Assembly (NCBI GenBank): GCA_963808235.1
Contig: CAWEEQ010000004.1
Location: 32,001-96,000 of the forward strand
DNA: 64,000 nucleotides
Origin: an uncultured delta proteobacterium
GTDB lineage: Bacteria > Desulfobacterota > Binatia > Binatales > Binataceae
Reading direction: 5' to 3'
In this document: piece after piece, positions 19,195-28,671 of the stretch
How positions within the stretch are numbered: the stretch's first letter is position 1
Layout of the letters: every line of letters starts with the position of its first letter
The notes under the pieces: generated by a model
What the model was told of the DNA's origin: nothing
The model's input: only the letters and a program-made list of their open reading frames with translations
Databases searched by the model: none
Position numbers and translations under genes: made by a program

Positions 19195-19941
19195 CTATTG
19201 CGCAGTCTTACCGCCATCAACGGCGAATGACGCGCCAGTGATGAAGGGCGCCTTGTCCGAGGCGAGAAACACGATTGTCTCGGCGATTTCTTCGGGCGTC
19301 CCTACGCGCTTGAGCGGCACTCCCGCGACCAGGCCGGCCTTTCTTTCCTCGTTACCGGTGAACCGGTTCAGCATCCCGGTCTCGATCGGCCCCGGCGCGA
19401 CCACATTGACGCGCACTCCGAACGCCGCGGCCTCGAGCGCTGCCGACTTCGTCAAGCCTTCAACCGCGTGCTTGCTCGCCACGTAGACTGACGCGCCCGC
19501 GGTGCCAATCCGTCCGTAGGTCGACGATACATTGACGATGCTGCCGTGACCCTGCGCCTGCATCACGCGCAGCTCATGCTTCATGCTCAGCAATGTGCCA
19601 AGGACGTTGGTGTCGAAAGTCGCCGCGTAGCTCTCGGCAGTCTGCTCCGTAACTGGACCGGGCTTGCCTTCGGTGCCGGCGTTGTTGACGGCCACATCGA
19701 GGCGCCCGAAGCGCGCGACAGTCTTATCGACCAGCGCGCGCACGTCGTCTTCGTGACGCACGTCAGTCCGCCAATATTCCGCTTCCGCGCCAAGACCGCG
19801 CAGTTCGGCGAGCAACTTTTGGCCGGCGTCGTCGCGTCGACCCGCGACCACGATGCGCGCGCCATCTTTCGCGAATGCCATCGCAGTGGCTTGTCCAATG
19901 CCCGTGAGGGCGCCAGTGATCAAAACAACGGGGGTATCCAT
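19195..19941 (-). CDS. short-chain dehydrogenase/reductase (paralog 2)
   Basis: TGALTGIG, NNAG, YVASK; highly similar to 17953..18699. Confidence 0.9.
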   Translation of the reverse strand: MDTPVVLITGALTGIGQATAMAFAKDGARIVVAGRRDDAGQKLLAELRGLGAEAEYWRTDVRHEDDVRALVDKTVARFGRLDVAVNNAGTEGKPGPVTEQTAESYAATFDTNVLGTLLSMKHELRVMQAQGHGSIVNVSSTYGRIGTAGASVYVASKHAVEGLTKSAALEAAAFGVRVNVVAPGPIETGMLNRFTGNEERKAGLVAGVPLKRVGTPEEIAETIVFLASDKAPFITGASFAVDGGKTAQ

Positions 19942-20000
19942 AGTGAACTCCGTAGAGCGCAATTTATGGTCAGTTTGCGGCTGACCCGTTTAAAAGTTTA

Positions 20001-20019
20001 AATATGGACGTACGTATTA
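20001..20019. promoter_or_regulatory. candidate TetR operator AATATGGACGTACGTATTA
   Basis: imperfect palindrome upstream of first gene of the minus-strand cluster; second copy at 14486. Confidence 0.6.
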
Positions 20020-20330
20020 TTTCAGTCAAGCATCTCTCTTCACGCGGCAAAGCGTGCTTTCGGGCAGCTTCACCACACATCGAGCTGAGTCTCCAATTCC
20101 GCGGCGCTCGAGTTGCTTCGCAAATCGCAACTGACTTGGCCGTTCGCGAATTGGTCACACTTGTTTTCAAGAGGGTTATTCATTTTTCCGCCGCTTACTG
20201 CTTGTATATACAAGAGCCGGGCCAAAAAACTCAGAGAAAAAAGCTCAGCGATAATAGAAGAGTGACAGAGACGAGAAAGAAAGAGCGAAGGGCAGAGCGC
20301 GGACGACCGAGGAAAGACTTCTTCGCCCAG

Positions 20331-20358
20331 TTAAAAGTTAAAAGTTAAAAGTTAAAAG
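20331..20358. repeat. heptamer tandem repeat (TTAAAAG)x4
   Basis: four exact units abutting the dapB stop codon. Confidence 0.9.
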
Positions 20359-21156
20359 CTAGATTCCCAGCACGTCGCGCATCGTGTACAGCCCGGGCTT
20401 GCGTCCGACGATCCATACCGCCGCGCGGAGCGCGCCGCGTGCGAGCGAGTCGCGGCTCTGCGCGCGATGTATCAGCTCGAGCCGCTCGCCTTGTCCGCCA
20501 AATATCACCGTGTGATCGCCGACCGCGTCGCCCGCGCGAATCGCGAGCACCGCGATCTTGCCGTCCGGCCTGACCCCCGTGATTCCTTCGCGTCCGTGCA
20601 CCACGTTCGAGGCGAAATCTACTCCGCGCGCCGCCGCGATCGCTTTGCCAAGCGAAATCGCGGTGCCGCTCGGCGCGTCGATCTTGGTCCGATGATGGAT
20701 CTCGATCACTTCGGCATCGAAGTCGGGCAGAATCGCCGCGACCTCCGCGACGATCTTCGCGAGCACGTTCACGCCAATACTCATGTTAGGCGCGATCACA
20801 GTCCGCGTCTTGCCCGCGAGAGCGCGCGCGCGAGCTTCCATCTCCGGCGTGAATCCCGTCGATCCGATAACGATCGCCGCTCCCGCTTTCGACGCCACCT
20901 CGAGATGCTCCATCGAAGCGACTGCGGTCGTGAAGTCCAAAGTGACGGTGTCCGGCCGCGCGAGCCCCGCGTAGTCCTCGGAGATTTTCACTCCGATCGA
21001 GCCAACGCCCGCAAGTTCCCCGGCATCGGATCCAATCGCAGAATTGCCGCGCGCTTCGAGCGCACCGACAATCTTGTGCGCCGGATCGCGCCCCGCCAGC
21101 GCGATCAACAGCCGTCCCATCCGGCCCGCCGCACCCGCCACAATTAAGTTAGCCAT
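20359..21156 (-). CDS. dapB: 4-hydroxy-tetrahydrodipicolinate reductase
   Basis: GAAGRMG, DFT, GSTG, EIHHRTKIDAPSGTA. Confidence 0.95.
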   Translation of the reverse strand: MANLIVAGAAGRMGRLLIALAGRDPAHKIVGALEARGNSAIGSDAGELAGVGSIGVKISEDYAGLARPDTVTLDFTTAVASMEHLEVASKAGAAIVIGSTGFTPEMEARARALAGKTRTVIAPNMSIGVNVLAKIVAEVAAILPDFDAEVIEIHHRTKIDAPSGTAISLGKAIAAARGVDFASNVVHGREGITGVRPDGKIAVLAIRAGDAVGDHTVIFGGQGERLELIHRAQSRDSLARGALRAAVWIVGRKPGLYTMRDVLGI

Positions 21157-21212
21157 CGGAATTCATTTGCCCGCGCATATTCGCGGACGGTGACGTCGAC
21201 TGGTCGCGACTA

Positions 21213-21494
21213 TCAGGATGCGGGAGGCGCGGCAGGAGTCTCAGCCGCGGCGGCTTCAGGTGCGGCACCCGCAGACGCGCCGGCGCCCGCCTTGCCGTGC
21301 TTCGCCTTGAAATGTTCTTCGCACAGGCTGCTCGTGCCCGAGCGTATCTTGTGACACTTCTCGAAAGTGCACGTCTTGTACCGAGGCTTGGGCATCTCGC
21401 CCGCTTTCCAGAGCCGAAAATGCATCCGGCAATAGCCTTTGCCGACGGCCTCGCGGCTGCAATCTTTATGTTTGCAATTTCCTTTGTTCGCCAT
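21213..21494 (-). CDS. small basic protein with two CCCH-type zinc-finger repeats (myxobacterial vegetative-protein-like)
   Basis: C-x4-C-x9-C-x2-H and C-x4-C-x10-C-x2-H, Ala/Pro tail. Confidence 0.65.
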   Translation of the reverse strand: MANKGNCKHKDCSREAVGKGYCRMHFRLWKAGEMPKPRYKTCTFEKCHKIRSGTSSLCEEHFKAKHGKAGAGASAGAAPEAAAAETPAAPPAS

Positions 21495-21574
21495 GAATCC
21501 CTTCTTGGAGGCCGCAACCCGTGCGCCTCAATCGAACTACAATAGTGTTTGCCGTCCGCGCTTCATAGAGGTGA

Positions 21575-22216
21575 CTATGCGATCGAAACCGACCGCAACA
21601 CGCCGTAGAGAGGTCCAAGCTCGCCGAATGCGTCGAGCACTTCATTCACGTCGAGCCGGATTGCCTCGCGCCACGGCCATCCGAAGCCGACGTCGATCGC
21701 GCCGCTTTTACTCTCGAGTGCCGTGCCGAGTGCGACGAACAGCTCCGCGTTGGCGGGAACCGGCCTTGGGATATTGATACAGTCCCATTTTTCGTAGCGC
21801 TGAATCCTGGTGCCGCGAAACGATTTTTCCAGCGCACTCGACTTCGACTTCAGCATCCGCCCCATCTCGGCCCGTCCGTCGGCCTCGGTCCTTACGATCG
21901 CGCGCGCATGAATTCCCGCGCCCGAGATACATAGCGCGAGATATCCATAACCCTTGTACCCGTTCGCCGAGGGCCCCCACGCGGTCCAGCTCTCTGCCGG
22001 AAGATTTATCGCGCGCCGATTTGCCGTCGGCCGCGGATGCTTTGCGAGATGCGGAAAAAACTCCATCTGCAGTCTTCGCGATAGCTCCGGCGCCAGCTCA
22101 CCTCCGAGCCGCACCAGCCGCGGCCTGATGCGCTCATATATTTTTTCCATCCGCGCGCTGAAACTGTCGATCGAAAACACTTCGAAGTCTGCGCGCGAAA
22201 AACCAAGCGTCGCCAT
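21575..22216 (-). CDS. DUF1054/YktB-like protein
   Basis: FSRADFEVFSID..RMEKI, FFPHLAKH, ESWTAW, GYK. Confidence 0.7.
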   Translation of the reverse strand: MATLGFSRADFEVFSIDSFSARMEKIYERIRPRLVRLGGELAPELSRRLQMEFFPHLAKHPRPTANRRAINLPAESWTAWGPSANGYKGYGYLALCISGAGIHARAIVRTEADGRAEMGRMLKSKSSALEKSFRGTRIQRYEKWDCINIPRPVPANAELFVALGTALESKSGAIDVGFGWPWREAIRLDVNEVLDAFGELGPLYGVLRSVSIA

Positions 22217-22222
22217 CAGTCC

Positions 22223-22672
22223 TCATTTCTCGATTGAGCTGCGCTCGAACGACGGCTTGCGTCCCGCCATCGCCTTTTCCCAGTCGCGTCCGTCAAAATG
22301 TTCGAGCTCGAGCTTGCCCACGTTCACGTGTTCGAGGCATCGCACATTGACGTCGATGCCGTCGGGGTCTGAGCGCGGAATATAAAACGATGCGACCCCG
22401 CAATTTGGGCAGAACAGATGCTTGGCGACTTTCGTGTTGAACGCGTAGGCCGCGATATTATCCGACGGCGTTATCAGCCGGAACGCGCTGCGCGGCACGA
22501 TCCAGTGTAGGTATCCTTTCTTCGTGCAGATCGAGCAGTTGCATTCCGAGACGCGCTCGAGCGTGCCCTTCACCTCGAAGCGAATCCGCCCACAATGGCA
22601 TCCGCCGCGATAGGTCTTTTGATAACGATCCTTTTGATCGCGACTAGCTTCTGCAGTCTGTTTTTTCTTCAT
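22223..22672 (-). CDS. GFA/CENP-V family zinc protein
   Basis: GGCHCG, CNCSIC, FCPNCG. Confidence 0.9.
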   Translation of the reverse strand: MKKKQTAEASRDQKDRYQKTYRGGCHCGRIRFEVKGTLERVSECNCSICTKKGYLHWIVPRSAFRLITPSDNIAAYAFNTKVAKHLFCPNCGVASFYIPRSDPDGIDVNVRCLEHVNVGKLELEHFDGRDWEKAMAGRKPSFERSSIEK

Positions 22673-22767
22673 TGCTAGTGGTTTTAGCCCAATGCGGGCC
22701 GCGAATAAATGAAAAGTCGCACCGTCGATTTGTTGCTGCCACCCGTGCATCGGCGTGTTAGGATCGG

Positions 22768-23751
22768 GTGATGGCCGCCGCAGCCGAATCTTTTTCCGCA
22801 CCGCACTTCGCCGCGACCCTCACGCGCCACGGCATCGACGCGCTCAGCCGCAAGTCTGTCGCCACGCTTCAGGTCAACGTCGGCAAGCTATGCAACCAGG
22901 CCTGCCATCACTGCCATGTCGATGCGGGCCCGCGCCGGACCGAGCGCATGACGCGCGCGACCGCGGATCGCGTGATCGAAATTCTCGCCGCGAGTCCCGC
23001 GGTCAGCACTCTCGACATCACCGGCGGCGCACCTGAGCTGAATCCGAACTTCGCGATGCTTGTCGAGCGTGCCCGCGAACTCGGCCGCACCGTGATCGTT
23101 CGATGCAACCTTACCGTGACCCTGGAACCCGGGATGGAATGGCTCGTCGATTTTTATCGACGTTCGCGCGTCGAGCTCGTCTGCTCGCTGCCTTGCTACA
23201 CCGCTGAGAATGTCGATCAACAGCGCGGCGCCGGTGTCTTCGACAAGAGCATCGTCGCGATGCGCCGTCTGAACGCGGCCGGATTCGGGCGCGGCGCGAT
23301 GCGCCTCGATCTGGTCTACAACCCAATCGGCCCGTCGTTACCGCCGCCGCAAGCGGAACTGGAAGCCCGCTTTCGCGACGAACTCGAGCGCAACTTCGGC
23401 GTCGTCTTCGATCGCCTGCTTACCATCACCAACATGCCGATCGCGCGCTTCGCGAATCAGCTCGCCTCGACCGGCAATCACGCGAGCTACATGAGCCTGC
23501 TGGTGAATCATTTCAATCCGGCGACGGTGGACGCGCTGATGTGCCGCAGCCTCGTCAGCGTCGGATACGACGGACGCCTCTACGATTGCGATTTCAACCA
23601 GATGCTGGAAATCCCGCTTGGCAGTCGCGCCCGAACCATCTGGGACATCGACGACGTAGCGACCCTCGCAAACGAACCAATAGCAACCGCCTCGCACTGC
23701 TTCGGATGCACCGCCGGCGCCGGCTCGAGCTGCGGCGGCGCAATCGCCTGA
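22768..23751 (+). CDS. arsS: radical SAM protein, ArsS/DUF3641 type
   Basis: CNQACHHCH, DCDFNQ, C-terminal HCFGCTAGAGSSCGG. Confidence 0.8.
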   Translation: MMAAAAESFSAPHFAATLTRHGIDALSRKSVATLQVNVGKLCNQACHHCHVDAGPRRTERMTRATADRVIEILAASPAVSTLDITGGAPELNPNFAMLVERARELGRTVIVRCNLTVTLEPGMEWLVDFYRRSRVELVCSLPCYTAENVDQQRGAGVFDKSIVAMRRLNAAGFGRGAMRLDLVYNPIGPSLPPPQAELEARFRDELERNFGVVFDRLLTITNMPIARFANQLASTGNHASYMSLLVNHFNPATVDALMCRSLVSVGYDGRLYDCDFNQMLEIPLGSRARTIWDIDDVATLANEPIATASHCFGCTAGAGSSCGGAIA

Positions 23752-23769
23752 CCGCTCTTAAATCCTTAG

Positions 23770-23791
23770 TGGCACGGGCGTCCCTGCCCGT
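23770..23791. repeat. single REP-like palindrome GTGGCACGGGCGTCCCTGCCCGTG
   Basis: short stem-loop just downstream of arsS; end coordinate approximate. Confidence 0.45.
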
Positions 23792-23892
23792 GATTGATTG
23801 AACCAGTGCCCCGAAATCAATTGGGTTTCCAGCCCGACCGTTTCGTATTATCTTTCTCCTGAATTAAACAACCTGCCGGAGAAGCAAAATTC

Positions 23893-25059
23893 ATGTCTGT
23901 GAAAGTGAAAATCGAGGGCATTTGCGATCCAAAATTTAATCGCGTCAAAGACGCGTTCACCGAAAATTTCGAAAAGCGAAACGAAGTCGGCGCAGCCGCC
24001 GCGGTCACTCTAGACGGCAAGCCGGTCGTCGACATATGGGCCGGGCACGCCGACAAGGCCGGGACCCGCCCATGGACCCGCGACCAACTCGTCAACGTCT
24101 ACTCGACCACCAAGGGCGTCACCGCGATCTGCGCCCATCGGCTCGTCGATCAGGGCAAGCTCGATCTCGACGCTCCAGTTGCGAAGTATTGGCCCGAGTT
24201 CGCGCACGCCGGCAAGGAAAAGATGCCGGTGCGCTTTCTGCTGAGTCATCGCGCCGGATTGCCTGCCGTGCGCAAGCCGCTCGACGACGACGCGCTCTTC
24301 AACTGGAACACGATGACCTCGGCGCTCGCCGAGCAGGAGCCATGGTGGGAGCCCGGCACTCGGCACGGCTATCACGCGGTCACGTTCGGATACCTGGTCG
24401 GTGAAGTGATTCGGCGAATCACCGGCAAGACGGTGGGCACATATTTTCGCGACGAGCTGGCCGGCCCGCTCGCGCTCGATTTCCACATCGGCCTCGACGC
24501 GAAGCACGACTCGCGCGTCGCGAGCCTGATCGCGGCGCCCGCGCCCGCGCCGGGCGAGCCGAATATTTTTGCCGAGGTCATGAAGGATCCGGAGTCGATG
24601 ATCGCGAAGGCCTTCATGAATCCACCCCTGATGGGCAAGCCGGGACTGGTCAATTCGCGCGAATGGCGCGGCGCGGAAATTCCCGCCGCCAACGGCCACG
24701 GCACCGCGATGTCTCTGGCGCGGCTATACGGCGCGCTCGCCCGCGGCGGCGAGCTCGACGGCGTTCGCGTGATGTCTCCGAAGGAGATCGCGCGATGCGC
24801 CGACGAGCAATCGATCGGCTCCGACGCGGTACTCTTCATCAACACTCGCTTCTCACTCGGCTTCATGATGTCGCAGCCGGGCGCCTCGCTCGGCCCCAAT
24901 CCAAAATCATTCGGCCATCCAGGCGCCGGCGGCTCACTAGGTTACGCCGACCCCGAAGCAAAAATCGGCTTCGGCTACACAATGAACAAAATGCAAACCA
25001 GCTTGCTAATCGATCCCCGCGCCACCGCGCTGATCGACGCAATCTACGCGTCGCTATAA
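23893..25059 (+). CDS. serine hydrolase, beta-lactamase class C/EstA-like (paralog 1)
   Basis: STTK, LLSHRAGL, GYH, FGHPGAGG. Confidence 0.9.
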   Translation: MSVKVKIEGICDPKFNRVKDAFTENFEKRNEVGAAAAVTLDGKPVVDIWAGHADKAGTRPWTRDQLVNVYSTTKGVTAICAHRLVDQGKLDLDAPVAKYWPEFAHAGKEKMPVRFLLSHRAGLPAVRKPLDDDALFNWNTMTSALAEQEPWWEPGTRHGYHAVTFGYLVGEVIRRITGKTVGTYFRDELAGPLALDFHIGLDAKHDSRVASLIAAPAPAPGEPNIFAEVMKDPESMIAKAFMNPPLMGKPGLVNSREWRGAEIPAANGHGTAMSLARLYGALARGGELDGVRVMSPKEIARCADEQSIGSDAVLFINTRFSLGFMMSQPGASLGPNPKSFGHPGAGGSLGYADPEAKIGFGYTMNKMQTSLLIDPRATALIDAIYASL

Positions 25060-25061
25060 AT

Positions 25062-25249
25062 GCAAATCACCTGCGCGGTGGGCGCAACGGGTGACCCCTT
25101 GACCCAGTGAAAAGTGAACCAGACGAAAATCTGCGCAGCGCATATTTTCGGAAGATTAATCTTTCAGACAAACCGAGAGCAAAAGACCGTCCGCGGGCTT
25201 TTGCGCTTGAGTTTTGCAATGGACCCCGGGTGCAGGGGTCACCCCTGCC
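25062..25249. mobile_element. MITE-like element, copy 1 (one end degenerate)
   Basis: about 190 bp, reverse-complement homolog of 27119..27324. Confidence 0.7.
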
Positions 25250-25480
25250 GCCAGCCGCGTAGGCGAGACTAAGATTCCTACGTTCCCGCACTCCCGCGCC
25301 GTGAAACTCCCCGCCACCTGATTCGTACTACCACCTGAGCGCCGCGGGCTGCCGCGCGGCCAGTTGCAGATTGCACGATGTCTTTTTACAAAATCTTTGC
25401 CGAGTTGTGGTGAGGCGCACAGTTTCTTCCAGCCTTTCACAGACGCGAATTATCGATCGCGCGTCTGAAGGAAAGCGGAA

Positions 25481-27112
25481 ATGAAAAAACGCGACGCCTG
25501 GATGGCGGCGGTGGGCGGGTTCGTTTTCCTGATCGTCCTGGCGCTCGCAGTCGCTGCGATCCTTTGGAAGAGAGGCGGTCAGCTAACCGTAGATCTGAGG
25601 CACGGATTCTCGTTTCATCGCAACCGCGATGCGTCCGTGAGCGTCTTCGGCCGACTCAAGAGCGCCTCATTCGGCGACCAGCTAGGCGGTCCGCAAGTGC
25701 TGCCGGCCGAGCACCCCGTCCCGCCCGGTAGTCCCAATATCGTTTTCATCTTGACCGACGATCTGTCCGCAAACCTGCTCCGGTTCATGCCCCACGTACT
25801 CGCGATGCAGCACGATGGCGTCAGCTTCGCCAATTCCTTCGTCACCGATTCGCTATGCTGCCCGTCGCGCGCGTCGATCTTCACCGGCGAGTTCCCGCAC
25901 GACACCGGCGTATTCCGCAACCTCGAGCCCGACGGCGGCTACCGCGTCTTCAACGCACTGGGCAACGAATCCCACACCTTTGCGGTTGCGCTCCAACGCG
26001 TCGGTTACAAGACCGCGATGCTCGGCAAATATTTGAACGGCTACCTCCCGAGCCAGAACGGCGCCGCGATAGGATGGAACGAATGGGATGTCGCCGGCAA
26101 AGCTTATGCCGAGTTCAACTACCTGATGAATCAAAACGGTAAGGTCGTCCACTACGGCGCCCAGCCCGCGGATTACTTGACCGATGTCCTCGCGCGCATC
26201 GCCGTGAAGTTCATCAGACAATCGGCGCGCACACCCTTCTTCATCGAGGTCGCGACCTTCGCCCCGCACAATCCTTATGTCCCGGCCCCGCGCGATTCGG
26301 GCGCGTTCCCGGGGCTGCACGCGCCGCGCACACCGGCCTTCGATGCGCCCCCGGATGCCAACGCGGCCAAGTGGCTTAGCGAGTTACCGCCGCTCTCGGA
26401 TGACGACATGGCGTCGATCGACCGCCACTTCCGCCAGCGCGCCCAATCGGTGCTCGCGATCGACAAGATGATTGGCGATATCCAGGCCGCGGTCGCCGCG
26501 ATCGGCCAGGAGAAAAACACCTACTTCGTGTTCAGCTCCGACAACAGCCTTCACATGGGCGAGCACCGCCTGATGCCGGGAAAAGAGACTGCCTTCGACA
26601 CTGATATCCACGTCCCCCTCATCGTCACCGGTCCTTCGGTAGCACCAGGGCGCACCCTGGATGAGATCGTCGAAAATACCGATCTCTGCCCGACCTTCGC
26701 CGAGCTTGCCGGTGCAGCTATCCCGGCCACCACCGACGGCCGCAGCCTGACCCCGCTTCTGCGCGGCGAACCCGTTGCCAAGTGGCGCACGATCGCACTG
26801 GTCGAGCACCACGGGCCGGGCGTCAGGGAGAACGAAGCCGGTGATCCGGACGCGCCCGAAAGCCGCAGCGGCAATCCGCCGAGCTACGAGGCGATCCGCA
26901 CGCTCAAGTCGCTCTACGTCGAATACGCCGACGGGTCGCACGAATATCACGACCGCGTACGCGATCCCGACGAGTTGCGAAATACGTTCTCATCGCTCTC
27001 GAAAACCGCCGTCAAGTCGCTCCACGCGCAAGTAGTCGCACTCCACGGATGCCACGGGGCGCAATCCTGCTGGCACGCCTCGCATCCCGCCCCCGTCCCG
27101 CCGCAAAGATAA
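25481..27112 (+). CDS. sulfatase (N-acetylglucosamine-6-sulfatase-like), N-terminal TM anchor
   Basis: PNIVFILTDD, formylglycine motif CCPSR, GKYLN, SDN. Confidence 0.9.
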   Translation: MKKRDAWMAAVGGFVFLIVLALAVAAILWKRGGQLTVDLRHGFSFHRNRDASVSVFGRLKSASFGDQLGGPQVLPAEHPVPPGSPNIVFILTDDLSANLLRFMPHVLAMQHDGVSFANSFVTDSLCCPSRASIFTGEFPHDTGVFRNLEPDGGYRVFNALGNESHTFAVALQRVGYKTAMLGKYLNGYLPSQNGAAIGWNEWDVAGKAYAEFNYLMNQNGKVVHYGAQPADYLTDVLARIAVKFIRQSARTPFFIEVATFAPHNPYVPAPRDSGAFPGLHAPRTPAFDAPPDANAAKWLSELPPLSDDDMASIDRHFRQRAQSVLAIDKMIGDIQAAVAAIGQEKNTYFVFSSDNSLHMGEHRLMPGKETAFDTDIHVPLIVTGPSVAPGRTLDEIVENTDLCPTFAELAGAAIPATTDGRSLTPLLRGEPVAKWRTIALVEHHGPGVRENEAGDPDAPESRSGNPPSYEAIRTLKSLYVEYADGSHEYHDRVRDPDELRNTFSSLSKTAVKSLHAQVVALHGCHGAQSCWHASHPAPVPPQR

Positions 27113-27118
27113 ACCAGA

Positions 27119-27324
27119 AGCAAATCACCTGCGCGGTGAGCGCAAGGGGCTGACCCCTTGACCCAGTGTCCATTGCAAACTCCAGCGCAAAAGCCCGCAG
27201 ACGGTCTTTTGCTCTCGGCTTGTCTGAAAGATTAACCCTTCGAAAATATGCGCTGCGCAGATTTTCGTTCTGCTTCACTGGGTCAAGGGGTCACCCCTTG
27301 CGCCCACCGCGCAGGTGATTTGCT
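27119..27324. mobile_element. MITE-like element, copy 2, with about 50-bp terminal inverted repeats
   Basis: AGCAAATCACCTGCGCGGTG..CCCAGTG (27119-27168) mirrors CACTGGG..CACCGCGCAGGTGATTTGCT (27276-27324). Confidence 0.8.
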
Positions 27325-27328
27325 CCGC

Positions 27329-28570
27329 CTAAAACACCAGCGGCAACGCCTGCAACCCGCGCAAACTCATCGCCGGCCGCCACTTCGGATTCGCATTCGC
27401 CAGCGCCAACTTCGGCATCCGGCGCAAAATCGTCTCGAACGCCACCCGTCCCTCCACGCGCGCGAGCACCTCGCCGATACATCGATGCGGTCCGGCGGCG
27501 AACGACAGATGATGGTTGTCCTTACGCGCGATATCGAGCTTATCGGGATCGACAAACCGCTCCGGATCGCGATTCGCCGCGCCCAGGAACACGACCACAT
27601 GCTCACCCTTCGGAACGGTTTTGCCCGCGACTTCGATATCCTCAGTCGCGGTACGAAACGTCACCTGCACCGGACTGTCGTAGCGCAAAAACTCGTCGAG
27701 CGCGGAGTCAATCAGTGACGGGTCGCTCTTGAGCCGCGCGAGCGATTCCGGATCGCGCAGCAACGCGAGCATCCCGTTGCCGATCATGTTCATCGTGGTT
27801 TCATGCCCCGCCAGCAGCGTGAACATCGCGCTGAACACCAGTTCCTCTTCAGTCGCGAAGTCGCCGCGTTCTTCGGCCGACACCATGATACTGATCAGAT
27901 CCTCCCGCGGATGCTTCCGGCGCTCGGCCGCCAATTCCGAAAAATAGCGCCGGACTGCCGCGACGGCCTGGCGCACTTCGACTCCCGGATCGTTCGCGCT
28001 GATCACCGGATCGAGCGGCACCCCAAGCGTCCGCATCCAGTCGCGGAAAATCGGCTTGTCCTCTTCCGAAGCGCCCATGACCTCGGCGAGCACGTCGATC
28101 GGAAACGGAAACGCAAGGTCCTTGATCATGTCGAGTGTGCCGCTCGCGGTCGACCCGCGCTCCTGCACCTTATCGAGCAAATTGTCGAAAATTCTCTGGA
28201 TCGTAGGCTCGAGCCCGGCACAGACCGCCGGCGAGAAAAACGTATTCATCAATTTCCGCAGCCGCGTATGGTCAGGCGGATTGCGAAACACAATCGCATG
28301 CTGCAGCGCCTCGCGCATCGACTTAAGCCCGTCATCAGGCGGAAACGCATCGAGCGCATTCAGGTCGAACGCCGCAAATCTCTTATCCCGCAAAATCCCA
28401 ACGCAGTTGTCGTACCGGGTAGAAATCCAAAACCCAATCGGCGTCCGCAGGAGCGGGTAATGTACGCGCAAAAACTTGTAGAGCGGATACGGATTAGAAG
28501 AAAACACCCGCCCATAAAGGCGGCTAACAACCCGACTAACCTTGGCAAAAGTCTCCTGCGATGGCATCAA
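27329..28570 (-). CDS. cytochrome P450
   Basis: PPDHTRLR, AGHETT, EFLR, heme motif FAAGPHRCIG. Confidence 0.95.
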   Translation of the reverse strand: MMPSQETFAKVSRVVSRLYGRVFSSNPYPLYKFLRVHYPLLRTPIGFWISTRYDNCVGILRDKRFAAFDLNALDAFPPDDGLKSMREALQHAIVFRNPPDHTRLRKLMNTFFSPAVCAGLEPTIQRIFDNLLDKVQERGSTASGTLDMIKDLAFPFPIDVLAEVMGASEEDKPIFRDWMRTLGVPLDPVISANDPGVEVRQAVAAVRRYFSELAAERRKHPREDLISIMVSAEERGDFATEEELVFSAMFTLLAGHETTMNMIGNGMLALLRDPESLARLKSDPSLIDSALDEFLRYDSPVQVTFRTATEDIEVAGKTVPKGEHVVVFLGAANRDPERFVDPDKLDIARKDNHHLSFAAGPHRCIGEVLARVEGRVAFETILRRMPKLALANANPKWRPAMSLRGLQALPLVF

Positions 28571-28671
28571 TAAACCCCGCTGTTAGCGGGCCCGAACGCG
28601 CCCGAAGTATAGACGCTCCCCTCAACTCTCGGCAACGCACCCTGATTTTCTTTCTCCTTCGGTGATCCCCC

